DNA of 64,000 nt, from the NCBI GenBank assembly GCA_951406725.2, contig OX597836.1, positions 3,658,001 to 3,722,000 of the forward strand, read 5' to 3'. This stretch comes from Octopus vulgaris. Taxonomy: Eukaryota. Numbering within the stretch: position 1 is the first letter of the stretch; every line of letters starts with the position of its first letter. The translations under genes were made by a program, and so were the position numbers. The notes under the pieces are model-generated. The model searched no databases. It was not told the origin of the DNA and saw nothing but the letters and a program-made list of their open reading frames with translations. Positions 25,773 to 39,374 of the stretch are shown here, in pieces.

Positions 25773-26120
25773 ACGATGGGCTTTCGGTGTTCTACCAAAC
25801 CCACCCACAAGGCAGCTACTTGGTCAGAAGCTACACAGTAGAAGATACTAGTCACAAAGTGTCACACAGTGAGACCGAACCCACAACCAAGGGAGTGGGA
25901 AGCAAACGTGTTGCGACACACCCAAGGACACTTGTCATCAAACGGGGTTACTGTCATCAGAATTAGTGGGGTTCAAACTGTTTTATTTGTTATGGATTAT
26001 CAGCTGGTTGCAGTTGTTATTATCGAAAGGGCTTCAGCGGCTTCGTCTGCCAACGTGATAATAACACAAGCGACCTCCACCACGTTACATACATACATAC
26101 ATATATATACACACACACAT

Positions 26121-26364
26121 AGGGTACTACTTGAGAACAGCGGTCCCGGTGCGCGCACTCGCGACAGCTAGTCATGACTAGTCGATCCTTACTTTGTGTT
26201 TTTGTGCGTTATTTACTTTGTTTAACAAAAATTAATTTATTTTGTGTTTTATTTACTTTGCTAAGGGTAGTCGTTGTAGGATCGACTAGTCACGACTGGG
26301 CTAGCGCGGATGCGCGACTACGCGAGTGCGCGCACCGGAACCACTGTTCTCAGGTAGTACCTCT
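26121..26364. mobile_element. CpG-rich MITE / fold-back element in DCTN6 intron 1
   Basis: ~43-bp imperfect terminal inverted repeats GGTACTACTTGAGAACAGCGGTCCCGGTGCGCGCACTCGCG / CGCGAGTGCGCGCACCGGAACCACTGTTCTCAGGTAGTACC. An inner inverted repeat AGTCATGACTAGTCGATCCT / AGGATCGACTAGTCACGACT surrounds a T-rich core, and the flanks are TA. Confidence 0.85.
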
Positions 26365-26664
26365 ATATATATATATGTATGTATGTATATATATATATAT
26401 ATATACACACCTTGGGGGGGTGGGGGAAAAGGATATTTTATTGTTCCATCACCACAACCACCAGTAACCCCGAGCATCACAGCCAACCATTTCCACCACC
26501 CCCTTTTACACACAACCATCCTCTTACGATCAAACACAAACCAACATCAGAAACCACACTCACACGTACACACAGTCACATATACATATATGTACAGATA
26601 TATATTATATACACATATATATATATATATTATATACACGCTGAATATATATGTATCTACTCAC

Positions 26665-26693
26665 TTGCTGCGTGTTATGGTCGCCATTTCCAT
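26665..26693 (-). CDS. DCTN6: Dynactin subunit 6 (p27) coding exon 1, (ME)MATITRS-N; ATGs at 26693 and 26687
   Basis: The minus strand reads GGAA ATG GAA ATG GCG ACC ATA ACA CGC AGC AA|GTGAGT. That gives 23 coding nt from the second ATG, in phase 2, joining exon 2 in frame (AA+C = Asn). The length matches the MAEKTQKS N-terminus of vertebrate DCTN6. Confidence 0.85.
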
Positions 26694-26892
26694 TTCCGTC
26701 TCTCTCTCATTCACTCTCAGAACGAGGCTGGTCTCTGCAACGTGCTCTCCCCCCTTTTCTCTTACTTTTACTTTTTTATTTACTTTTTCCTCTTTATCTC
26801 TCTCTCTCTGTAGCTACTCCAGCTTCTCCTCTTGTTCTTCCTCCCTCTCTTGCGATTCCTCTACGTTCGTGTCAGTGCGCGTGCGTGCGTAA

Positions 26893-26923
<31 letters not shown>

Positions 26924-27068
26924 GTTACGTATAGGCGCTACATGTACGCTCATACGCTGAGACTCACAAACACATATATACACATATACATACACACACA
27001 CACGCACTACGGACTCTACACATACACTCATAAACTGAGACACACACGCACACACTCATACATATATA

Positions 27069-27280
27069 GGATCTTTTCTTTTTGAAAGCCAAATTTTTCT
27101 AGTTAATTAAATAATTTGAAACTTCGTATACTGGTAGATTGTGTCAAAAGAAAACAATAATTTCAACTAGCTTTTTTGACAAAAATGTATTTTATAAGTT
27201 TAAACGTAGTTTAAATCTGCGAATTTTAACCAATACGAAGTTTAAACTAGGAAAATCTGGCTTTCAAAAAGAAAAGATCC
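27069..27280. mobile_element. TA-flanked MITE (Tc1/mariner-type target) upstream of DCTN6 exon 1
   Basis: Terminal inverted repeats GGATCTTTTCTTTTTGAAAGCCAAATTTTTCTAGTT / AACTAGGAAAATCTGGCTTTCAAAAAGAAAAGATCC, with TA on both sides. Confidence 0.85.
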
Positions 27281-27938
27281 TATTTCTTTACTAACCACAA
27301 GGGGACAGACAAAGGGATGAAGTCGATTATATCGACCCCAGTGCGTAACTGGCACTTAATTTATCGACCCCGAGAGGATGAAAGGCAGAGTCGACCTCGG
27401 CGAAATTTGAACCCAGAACGTAACGGCAGCTGGAACACGGCTACGCATTTCACCCGGCGTGCTAACGATTCTGCCAGCTGGCCGCCGCTTTCTCAGATCC
27501 TTATACACACACAACACACATTTACACACCGAAGACATATATTTATACACACACCACACTCACACATCACACACATACTCACACACCCACACCGACCACA
27601 TAAGGAGCCTCCCTACAGAGACAGACTCTTGCAAAGTGATGGTGCAAGACTCAGTGCGATGGACCGACAGGCTAGAAACAGCAGTCAAATCCCACCCCCT
27701 CACGTAACACACTCCTGTGTGATGAAAAAGGAGGGTTACATTTGATAATGTAGTTCTAGATATACTATGCCTGAATTAAAAAAAAAACTGATAGGAGTGT
27801 CATGGCTGGAACGCCTTTGATCTGTGATCTGCTGCAATAAAATTCTTCTAAGTGGTCACTTCGCAGGCTAGAAACACAACCAACTCTTACAATAGTCTTA
27901 AGAAAGTTAAGGATACACTGAATTAAGTATTCTTAGAT

Positions 27939-28345
27939 ATAGGCGCAGGAGTGTGTGTGTGAGGTAAGTAGCTTGCTTACCAACCACATGGTTCCAGGTT
28001 CATTCCCTCTGCGTGGCACCTTGGGCAAGTGTCTTCTACTATAGCCTCGGGCCGACCAAAGCCTTGTGAATGGATTTGGTAGGCAGCAACTGAAAGAAGC
28101 CCATCGTATATATGTATACATAAGTGTGTGTGTGTGTATATATGTTTGTGTGTTTGTGTTTGTCCCCCCAACATCACTTGACAACCGATGCTGGTGTGTT
28201 TACGTCCCTGTAACTTAACGGTTCGGCAAAAGACACCGATAGATTAAGTACTAGGCTTCCAATGAATAAGACCTGGGGTCGATCTCGATTAAAGGTAGTG
28301 CTCCAGCATGGCCGCAGTCTAATGACTTGAAACAAGTAAAGAGTA
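27939..28345 (+). mobile_element. Full-length SINE family A (tRNA-like head, CORE-like segment, microsatellite linker, conserved tail). Other copies at about 1595-1978, 5852-6420, 10405-10815, 12020-12420, 12775-13125, 18715-19030, 28645-28950, 41353-41740 and 54700-55015
   Basis: Recurrent GTGGCTGTGTGGTAAG..GGTTCAGTCCC (A/B-box-like), GGCACCTTGGGCAAGTGTCTT (CORE-like) and tail GGTGCTCCAGCATGGCC..AATGACTGAAACAAGTAAAAGA. Confidence 0.88.
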
Positions 28346-29528
28346 TACTATGGTTGAAAGAGCAGGGTGTTAAAACAGCTGGTATGTGTTTGATTGTAGG
28401 TTTGCTCAACCTGCTCTGACCCAGGGCTAAACAACGTCTGTTCCCTTCTGTCAAGTCAACAATGGTTATATGACCCCTGGGGGTTCCAAATAACCCCTGA
28501 GGGCTCCATTTGACTCATGGGAGTTCATATGACTCCTGTGGGGTTCCACATAGGCAAAATAGTAAATTGGGGATCCACAGCAGACATTAGTATTTTAAGG
28601 GTCCAGGAAAAAATTTAGTACAAATTGTATTCTTTTTTTTTTTTTACTACGGCCATGCTGGAACAGTGCCTTTAGTCGAACAAATCAACCCCAGGATTTA
28701 TTCTTTGTAAGCCTAGTACTTGTTCTATCGGCCTCTTTTTGCTAAATCAATAAGTTATGGGGACGTAAACATACCAGCATCAGATGTCAAGTGATGTTGG
28801 GGAGACTAACAGACACACAAACCCACACACACACACACACATATATATATATTTACATATATACAACGGGCTTCTTTCAGTTTCCATCTACCAAATCCAC
28901 TTTCAAGGCTTTGGTCAACCCGAGACTATAGTAGAAGACACTTGCTCAAGGAGGAGGAGGGGGAGAAGAAGAAGAAGACAAGGAGGAGGAGAAGAAGACG
29001 AGGAGGAGGAGGGAGGAGAAGAAGAAGAAGAAATTAGGAGGTTGAGCAAGGCCTTATGCTGTCTACCACTGTTTATTCCAGCTGTGCTGGGCTCTGGGTG
29101 CTTCTGGCAGTCATTCCTCTGATCCTACTGGTGCTAAGGTGTATCAACACAGGAGTGAGCCAGAAGGCATCCCTTGTCTTGGACAAATATGGGTTGTTAT
29201 GCAGAGGGAAGAACTGCAGGCATGGGCAACTTACACCCAGGCCCTCACATATATGTTTGCATATATGCCTGTTTGACATGCACTGATGCAGGTCCTGTGT
29301 GAATGAAGTCCATCGCCAAATCTAAAGGCACCCAAAGAGCATTTTCTGTGCTAAACTGAGCGATATGTTTAGTCTGTCAGCCAAATAACACTTCCTGATA
29401 CATAAAATATTGGATAGTCACAGCTGGAGCATTTTACCTAATTAATTTATATGATGAGGCTGGCCTGGAACTAATCTACAAGTACAACAGCAAACAAACT
29501 TCCAGATACTCTCTCCCTCTCTCTTTCC

Positions 29529-29582
<54 letters not shown>

Positions 29583-29601
29583 TTAGCTATCTATCTATCT
29601 A

Positions 29602-29664
<63 letters not shown>

Positions 29665-30197
29665 TGAGGCGACAAACACAGACACACAAATACATATATA
29701 CATGCATGTATATATATATAACATATATATATATATATATATATATATACAACAGCCTTCTTTCAGTTTCCGTCTACCCAATCCACTCACAATATATATC
29801 ATCATCATCATCATCATCATCGTTTAACGTCCGCTTTCCGCGCTAGCACGGGTTGGACGGTTTGACCGGGTCTGGGAAGCCAGGGGCCGCACCAGGCTCC
29901 AGTCTGAATCTGGCAGAGTTTCTACGGCTGGATGCCCTTCCTAACGCCAACCACTCCGTGAGTGGATTGGGTGCTTTTTACGTGCCACCTGCACAGGGGC
30001 CGGAGGGTCCGGCATCGTCACAATCGGTTCGAGCATTTTAACGTGTCAGCGGCACGGGGGCAACGAGGTCCGGGGTACTTTGGGGATCGGGGTACTTTGG
30101 GGATCCAGGGTACTTTGGGGATCCGGGGTACTTAGAATGGGTAGGGGGTATGTGGAATTGCTGCAGAAAGCAGCCCGGGTCTTTGTAGTCACAGCAT

Positions 30198-30556
30198 TTA
30201 TCGTCACTGAGTAACGTAATTAGGTAGAGGAAAGAAATACAGATATTCTAGAGTTGAGTTGGGGAGGGGGAGGTCCAGTTGAGGCGGGTAATAAGGAGAG
30301 CAATCAGTGGGGAAGGTTGGGGTAAGGAGGAACGATGGCCGGAAGGGTTGGTGTAGGTTCCTAAGAAATAAAGACATTCGTTATCGTCACTGAGTAACGT
30401 TATTAGGTAGAGGAAAGAATACAGATATTCTAGAGTTGAGTTGGGGAGGGGGGGTTCCAGTTGAGGCGGGTAATATAGGGGGGCAACCAGTGGGGAAGGT
30501 TGGGGTAAGGAGGAACGATGGCAGGAAGGGTTATTGTAGGTTCCTAAGAAATAAAA
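30198..30556. repeat. Direct tandem duplication of ~183 bp, flanked by minisatellites (GGGGTACTTTGGGGATCC x3-4 at ~30070-30133; GGTATTGGTGGTGG..GAGAACAGTGTTCACC x3 at ~30790-30886)
   Basis: TTATCGTCACTGAGTAACGT..TTAGGTAGAGGAAAG starts at both ~30198 and ~30381. Confidence 0.85.
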
Positions 30557-31748
30557 ACGTAGGATATTACGAGGCGGGAGGGTGCTAAAGGGGATAGTCG
30601 GAATGAGGCAGTGTCAGGAGGAAGCGTAAGATCGGTGGGCAGTTGTTGAGCTATGGCGCTAGCAGCTTGTCTTTTCACAGTGAAAGCATATGAGGAGAAG
30701 GGGTAGTGGGGGGAGGAGGAGGGAGTAGGGCGTACCCGGTGTAGATGAGTAAGGCGTATCCGGTGTAGATGGTGAGGACAGGGTATACTGGTATTGGTGG
30801 TGGGGGGTGAGAACAGTGTTCACCTGTATTGGTGGTGGTGGCGGTGAGAACAGTGTTCACCGGTATTGGTGGTGGGGGTGAGAACATTGTGCACTGCCAA
30901 TGGCTGAAAGATGGGAAGAGATGGGATTACGGCTTGAGGTAGCCTAGCCTAAGGTTAAATTTTGTAGAGAGAGAGATAGGAAAGATAAATCAAGTTATGG
31001 CGAAGGCTTGAAAGTAGCCTAAAAGGTTAAATTTTCGTAACAATGTATGAATAAACGTAGTAACAACGAATAAGAATAGTAAGATAAATTTTTAAGAACT
31101 TGCTGCGGACATCGATCGGGAGTTGAAATTGAAGAAGAAAGTAAGTTGAATTGGGAATTTAAATTGTAGAATCGTAATGGTAATGGCGATTATATATATA
31201 TATATATGTATATGGTAGCAAGTGATGGTGGTGGTGGTGGTGGTGGTGGGGAGGTGATGGGCCCAGATAGATGTTTACCATAATGAATGTTGAATATGTT
31301 TAATTAACCAAAAATATGTATTAATTGGTGGCTATTGTACCACATTAAATGAAAAATTATTCAATCATTGGCTCTTACATAACACCTATATGACACATAC
31401 CCAAGCACACTCACACACACACACACAAACACACTCACACACATGCACACTCACACACATGCACACACACACACATGCACACATATATAATGGGCTTTTC
31501 CCAGTTTCCGTCTACCAAATCCACTCACGAGGCTTTGGTCGACCGAAGGCTATTGTAGAAGACACTTGCCCAAGGTACCATGCAGTGGGACTGAACCTGA
31601 AACCCTGTGGTTGAGAAGGAATGATTTCACTTGCCTGTACCAAGTGAAATCATAGTCATAATCATTACAAGTGTCATGTAAGTGGCACCTGCCCTTGCCT
31701 GTGGCACATAAAAAGCTCCTGTCACATTTTTGGAATGGTTGGCATTTG

Positions 31749-31825
<77 letters not shown>

Positions 31826-31889
31826 CAAAATCAAATCAAATCAGATATCAGAAAGCAGAACCAAAATTGAAGTCGATCAACATCAATGG

Positions 31890-32345
31890 AAATTGCAGCT
31901 GTGATACCAGTGCCGGTGACAAGTAAGCGAACCTTCCGATCGTGGCCATTGCCAGCGCCGCCCTGACTGGCCTCCGTGCCAGTGACATGTAAAAAGCACC
32001 ATCTGTTCGTGGCCTTTGCCAGCTTCGCCTGGCCCCCGTGCCGGTGACACGTAAAAAGCACCATCCGATCATGGCCGTTTGCCAGCCTCGCCTGGCCCCC
32101 GTGCCAGTGGCACATAAAAAGCACCATCCGTCCGTGGCCGTTTGCCAGCCCCGTCTGGCACCAGTGCGGGTGGCACGTAAAAAGCACCCACTACACTCAC
32201 GGAGTGGTTGGCGTTAGGAAGGGCATCCAGCCGTAGAAACACTGCCAGATCAGACTGGGCCTGATGAAGCCTTCCAGCTTCACAGACCCCAGTTGAACCG
32301 TCCATGGAAAGCGGACGCTAAATGATGATGATGATGATGATGATG
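31890..32345 (+). mobile_element. Retroposon family C with (GAT)n tail and ~60-bp 5' tandem units. Other copies at about 211-376, 2270-2520, 6490-6742, 10040-10368, 14450-14760, 29800-30060, 36250-36640, 37870-38170, 42430-42645 and 58500-58665
   Basis: Recurrent GGTTGGCGTTAGGAAGGGCATCCAGC..CCAACCCATGC..GCGGACGTTAAACGATGATGAT (an RTE-like 3' end), preceded by repeated GGCACGTAAAAAGCACC units. Confidence 0.85.
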
Positions 32346-33045
32346 ATATATATATATATATATATATACTCGAGAAACCAGTGAGAGTCAGTGAAAGGAA
32401 AAGTACCCAGCCATAGAGAAGATAATCTACCTCAACAAATTCCAGCCGACCCATGCAAGCATGGAAAAGCAGACTGTATTTCTGCTTCAGCACATGTCGT
32501 CAGCAGCCTCAATTCTCCAGCCTTAACAACACACACACACACACACACACATAATCACAAACTCATGAACAAGCACAAACATATTCATTTCCCTCGTCTC
32601 ATATGACAGGTTAAGTGCACTTGACAGTTTGTCATAATTAGCGTTTGGCCTTCGCTGGGCCAAATGCTTGATGGAATTTCTTCTGCTTTTGCATTCTGAG
32701 CTCAAAAAATCTGCTGATGTTGGGCTTAGCCTTTCGTCCTTTCCCTGGTTGATTAAATAAACAACAGTTAGACATTGGGGATGGAGTGGAGGTAGGGGGG
32801 GGGTCAGTGTAATTCACTTCATCTCCTCTCTCTCCTCTGAAATTGCTGGCCTTGTGCTGAAATTTGAAACCAATGGTTGATGCTTAGGGCTTGTTGACTT
32901 TGGCAGAGATGTTTTGCTGTTTGGGCATTTCAGAGGCACTTTGACAATTCAAAGACGGTATCCTACAGATTGCAATTGAAAATCAAACATGTCTGGAGAA
33001 TTATATAAATGTGTGTGTATGTATCTATATGTGTGTGTATATATA

Positions 33046-33106
<61 letters not shown>

Positions 33107-33171
33107 TTAGTAGTTGGGTAAGTTGATTGATTGATAGACAGACAGATAGATAGATAGATAGATAGAGAGAG

Positions 33172-33192
33172 ATACATACACACATACATACA

Positions 33193-33224
<32 letters not shown>

Positions 33225-33898
33225 CACACATACATACATACACACATACATACATACATACATACATACATACATACACACACATACATACATACACACA
33301 TACATACATACACCCATACATACATACATACATACACACATACATACATACACCCATACATACATACATACATACATACATACATACATACATACATACA
33401 TACATACATACATACATACATACACACACATACATACATACACACATACATACATACACCCATACATACATACATACATACATACATACACACATACATA
33501 CATACACCCATACATACATACATACACCCATACATACATACATACATACATACACACATACATACATACACCCATACATACATACATACATACATACACA
33601 CATACATACATACATACATACACATACATACACACATACATACATACACACATACATACATACATACATACATACATACACACATACATACATACATACA
33701 TACACATACATACACACATACATACATACACACATACATACATACATACATACATACATACATACATACATACATACATACATACATACATACATACATA
33801 CATACATACATACATACATACATACATACACACATACATACATACATACACACACATACACACACACATACATACATACATACACGCATACATACATG
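33172..33898. repeat. Long (TACA)n compound microsatellite, ~730 bp
   Basis: Directly visible; it is the source of the spurious 290-323 aa MYVC ORFs. Confidence 0.97.
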
Positions 33899-33962
33899 CA
33901 TGCCTAGGCATATGGGCCAACAGACAGACGGATCGACATCGACTGTCAGATATAATGTCAAC

Positions 33963-34043
<81 letters not shown>

Positions 34044-34282
34044 CAAATATGATACGGCTGGTTCTATTTCACCATCACCAGCTTGGCAACGTGGTTTATT
34101 CAGTTCACTGATGTAAACACTTCAGACTCACACACACACACACACGCACATGCTTACGTGCGCATACACAAACACACACACACACACATAAATACACGTA
34201 GACAGATACACACTCATACACACAAACATAAACACGCACAGACACACACCGCATCCACATACTCACACACGCACACACATAT

Positions 34283-34314
<32 letters not shown>

Positions 34315-36793
34315 ACATACACACACATGCTTACACACTTACACAGGCGTGCGCAAACACACATACGCGCATACACATGCGTACACAGACACACATGCAT
34401 TCACATACACACACACACACATACATACACATAGACACACATATTCTCTCTCTCACACACACACACTAACGTTGCTATCAACATCGAGTCACACTAAGGA
34501 CGGTGTCTCTGATGTGATCACCAGCCATGCTAGAAATGGAAGCTAAATCCACCTCTGCTCTTAGAAAAATAACAAAAACAAACAAAAAAACAAAGGCGGG
34601 TGGGGAAGGGGGTTGGCGATCGAACACGTTGCATAATAATTCTCTTGTGGGGTTCTTTACATTGGAAAAAAAAATAGGAGTTATGGTCACGTTTGGAACG
34701 ATATCGATTTTAGATCGTTCTGCTGGTCGGTCCAGGGTTAACGACCTGAGACTGAACAAGAACCACAGAGAAAGAGGAAAAACTATGCTCGTAATAAGAG
34801 TGCCAAAAGCGGTGGTGGTGGTTGTAGTGGTGGTGATGGTGGTGGCGGTGGATGGTGGTGGTTGTAGTGGTGGTGATGGTGGTGGTGACTCTCGGAGGAG
34901 ATTATTTACAATGGCTTCCTGTCTGTCAGTTTGTCTGTCTGGCCGTGTGTCTGTCTGTATGTCCCGCCATTGTAAACCACACTACCATAATACGTCCGGC
35001 GCTCCACCACCGCCACCACCACCACCACCTCAGCCACCACTACCTCCGCCATCACCATAACGATCGTCATCGTCATCACCACCACCACCGCCACCATCAC
35101 CATAGCGATCGTCATCGTCATCACCACCACAACAACAAAGAAATCAATGACACCATTTACCACCACTACCACCACCATCACCAACGCCACCACTACCATC
35201 GTCGTTGGCCCTACCACCATCGCCAATATCGGTCACCATCACCATCATCATCATCATCTTGAACGATATCAACACTACCATTTCCACCACCATCATCATC
35301 ATCATCGCTATTATTAGTCTTACCAATCTTGAGAAGCTCTAACCTTGAGGGAAGCATTCCTTGCTTAAATTCTGCATTTTTTCTTCTATGGATGTGTATG
35401 TATGTATGTATGTATGTATGTATGTATGAATGTATGTATGTGTGTATATGTATGTATGTATAAATGTATGTATGTATGTATAAATGTATGTATGTATGTG
35501 TGTATGTATGTATGTATGTATGCATGTATGCATGCATGTATGTAAGTATGTACGTATTTATGTAGGCATGTAAATAAATATTTATGTATGTATGAATGTA
35601 TACACGTCTATGCATATACATATACATGTGTGTATGGGTGTAAGTAGGTATGTATATAGGGATGGATGGATATATATATATTATATATATATTGTATACA
35701 TACATATATATATATACATACATATGCGCATGCACACACACATGCATATGACACAAACGTGTATATTACTGCCAGTGAGAGACATAGATCCAGGCTTCTG
35801 CTTAATTAGTTCATCTCAGTGGAATATTCCAAATTGCTGAGAGTACACAAGAACTCAACAGGTAGTTGATGATACGGCTCTGTGTGTATATGTGTGTATT
35901 GCTCAGTTTTTTGTGTAACAGACTCACAATTATGAGGTAGTGAGTTTGATTCCAAGACCGGGTTGTGTGTTGTGGTCTTGAGTAAATCACTTTATTTCAC
36001 TCAGCTGCAGAAATGAGTTGTGACCATGTCATTGGTGCCAAGCTGTATCGGCCCCTTTGCCTTTCCCTTTGGACTACATCAGGGCTGGTATGCAAGGGTG
36101 GCTGCTGGTCTTCCATAAACAACCTTGCCCGGACTTGTACCTCGGAGGGTAACTTTCTAGGTGCAATCCAATGGTCAGTCATGACCAAAGGAGCTTTTTA
36201 CCCTTGTGTGTGAGTGAACGTGTGTGTGTGTGTCTGTGTATGTATATCATCATCATCATTATTTAATGTCCGTTGTCCATGCTGGCATGGGTTGGACGGT
36301 TTGACCGAGGACTGGCAAGCTGGAAGGCTGCACTGGACTCCAGTCTGATTTGGCACGGTCGCTATGGCTGGATGCCCTTCCTAACGCCAACCACTCCGAA
36401 AGTGTAGTGAGTGCTTTTATGTGCCTATGGCACAAGTGCCATTTCTGTGACACTGGCATTGACCATATTCTTTCTCCTCTGTGAGGCCCAACACCCGAAA
36501 GGTGCTTTTTTATGTGCCAGCAGCACAGGTGCCACTTACGTGACTCCAGCATCGGCCACATTGTCTTTGTGAGGCCCAACGCACATGTGGTGCTTTTTAT
36601 GTGCCACCACCATGGGTATCGTTTACATGGCACCAGCATCAGCCATGGCTATGATTCCACTTGGTTTGAGGGGTCTTCTCAAACACGACATCTTGCCAAA
36701 TGTCTTGGTCACTAGTCATTCCTTCCATACATACATACATATAAGTATATGTATATATATGTATATATATGTATATATATATATATATATAAA

Positions 36794-37106
36794 CTAGCAG
36801 TATTGCCCGGCATTGCTCGGGTTTGTTTCGACCCTTTAGAATTGGAATTTTTGAAAAGTAAAAATTTGGCATTATGTAGCTTGTTATATTCTCTTTAAGT
36901 GAACCTTTTTCTGGTTGAAATACACCAAAAAAATGGCGACAAAGCAGTAAAAAAATCGTAAAAAATAGGGATTTTCATAGAAAAAACCCCCATCTTTTTG
37001 ATGTAAATAATTTTTGGTGTTAACATGGTCCGATTTGAATTTTATCTTCTACGAAATGAAGAGCAAGCCTTCTTCTATCATACTCTCAAAATTGGTCAAC
37101 TTGCGC
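36794..37106 (-). mobile_element. Helitron-like element, 3' part; related sequence at ~19340-19465
   Basis: CTAGCAGTATTGCCCGGCATTGCTCGGG is the reverse complement of a hairpin-CTAG end like that at 22829. CAAGCCTTCTTCTATCATACTCTCAA matches ~19440-19465 in reverse. Confidence 0.7.
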
Positions 37107-37329
37107 CAGGTTTTTATGGGGTTTTTTTCCCCATGAGCAGCCCTCGAATGTCTCCTCCCTATTGAGGATCACAGTGTTGAATTCTTTTCGTCTTTTATTA
37201 TAATTTTGTTAGTCTTATTTACATGCAAAACCCTCACAACACACACCTACACACACACATATGATTCTTTGTATTATCCTGTTCTGTCCATAATGCTTTT
37301 CTTAATGTATACCCTTGTGGTTGATAGAG

Positions 37330-37363
<34 letters not shown>

Positions 37364-37836
37364 TATATGTTTGACTTTTGCTTTACATTTGTACAAGTTG
37401 GCTCCAAGTCTCACCCAGAGAACTCAAGAGACAACAGACTGGAAGTTGATGTTTATGTTATGCCTAGGGTGCCATATATTTGGGCTTTGTACATAGTGTT
37501 GTTCTAGAGAATGTTTAAGAAACCATAAGAAAATCATGTGCTTGTTTCAAAATTTGAGATTACATAGACAATATTTTACGTAGGATATGGGCAGTTCCCA
37601 TGAGCACTATCTTTTGGGTTTCTGACATTTTGTGGTTTTCTAGTATCAGATCTAGGTAGGAATCAGCCCCTTTTGCTATCATTCCTAGGGCACCTATGAC
37701 AACAGGTATTGTTTTAGTCTTCAGGTTCAAATTTTCCTAATTTCTATTTCAAGATCTTTATACTTGCTCAGTTTTTGGTAGGTTTTGACAGATACATTTA
37801 TGTCGATTGAGACAGTCATATTATTATTATTTTATG

Positions 37837-37869
<33 letters not shown>

Positions 37870-38502
37870 GGTGGCACATAAAAAACACAATCCGAGCGTG
37901 GCCGTTCGCCAGCCTCGTCTGGCACCTGTGTCGGTGGCACATAAAAAACACCATCCAAGCGTGGACGTTCGCCAGCCTCGTCTGGCACCTGTGTCCGTGG
38001 CACATAAAAAGCACCCACTACACTCACAGAGTGGTTGGCGTTAGGAGGGGCATCCAGCTGTAGAAGCACTGCCAGATCTGACTGGCCTGGTGCAGCCTTC
38101 TGGCTTCCCAGACCCCAGTTGAACCGTCCAACCCATGCTAGCACGTTAAACGATGATGATGATGATGATGATTATTATTATTATTAAGGCGAAAAGCTGG
38201 CAGAATCGTTAGCACTTTGGGCAAAATGCTTCATGGCATTTCGTCTGTCTTTACGTCCTGAATTCAAACTAAGCCGAGGTCAACTTTGTCTTCCGTCCTT
38301 TCGGAGTCGATACACCAGAAATTTCAAGCCTTGTGCCCATAGTAGAAAGGATTATCATTATCATTATTATTATTCTTATTCTTCTTATTATTAGTATTTT
38401 TATCATTATATATATACCCTCCAACCTTCATCAGGTATCTTGGGGATATTTCGAACCGGGGTTCTCATTCCTAAGGTATTTTTCAATGTTATTATTATTA
38501 TA

Positions 38503-38553
<51 letters not shown>

Positions 38554-39374
38554 GTTGTTGTTGTTGTTATTATTTTTAATATCATAATCATCATCATCAT
38601 CATCATCATCAATCATCATCGTCATCATCATCATCATCATTATTATTATTATTACTTGTACTGCAAGTGGGAATTAGTGTAACAAAGGACAGGCAATGTT
38701 TGTCAGCTGATCCATTATGACTAAATAGGCTTAAACGCTCTCCTATCAATAATCGATTGGAGATTGAATAGAAAGGGGCGTAACTGCAAGCTAATACCTG
38801 TAATGGCAAAACATTTACCTGGGAAACATTAACACTAAGACCACAAAAACATATCTTCATCAAACAAATCGACCATCTTCGCTTAAAAGCGTTTGTTTGA
38901 TTTTTTTCTAGACTTGAATATGTGCTGCTGAAAGGGAGGTTGTGGCTTATATGACTACATCTTTTTATGCCATCGTATATATATGCATGTATATATATAT
39001 ATATATATTTATCCATACATACACACATATATATATAAGTATGTATGCTTATATATATGTGTGTGTGTGTATATATATATACATACATATATATATATGT
39101 ATATATATTTACTACATATACATATATATGTATATATATATATGTTTACGTATATAAATTTATGTATGTGTGTGTGTGTGTTTATTCATATGTATGTATA
39201 TATGCATGCATGTAAGTGTGTGTATATATGTATATATATATATGTGTGTGTGTTTATGTATATACACACATATGTATATATGTATGTATACACACACACA
39301 CATCATCATCATCATCAGTTACATGACACCAGCATGAGCTATGACTACTATTTCACTTGACTTGATGATTCTTC

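Noticed and set aside
27945-28015. tRNA genes at SINE heads
   Set aside because: A/B-box-like motifs are present, but they run directly into SINE bodies in many copies and I could not fold a convincing cloverleaf.
32949-34039. Three long ORFs (290-323 aa) on the minus strand
   Set aside because: They are translations of the (TACA)n microsatellite (MYVC repeats), not genes.
34527-35262. His-, Pro- and Val-rich ORFs
   Set aside because: They derive from (CAC)/(CAT)/(GGT) trinucleotide tracts and show no recognisable domain or splice support.
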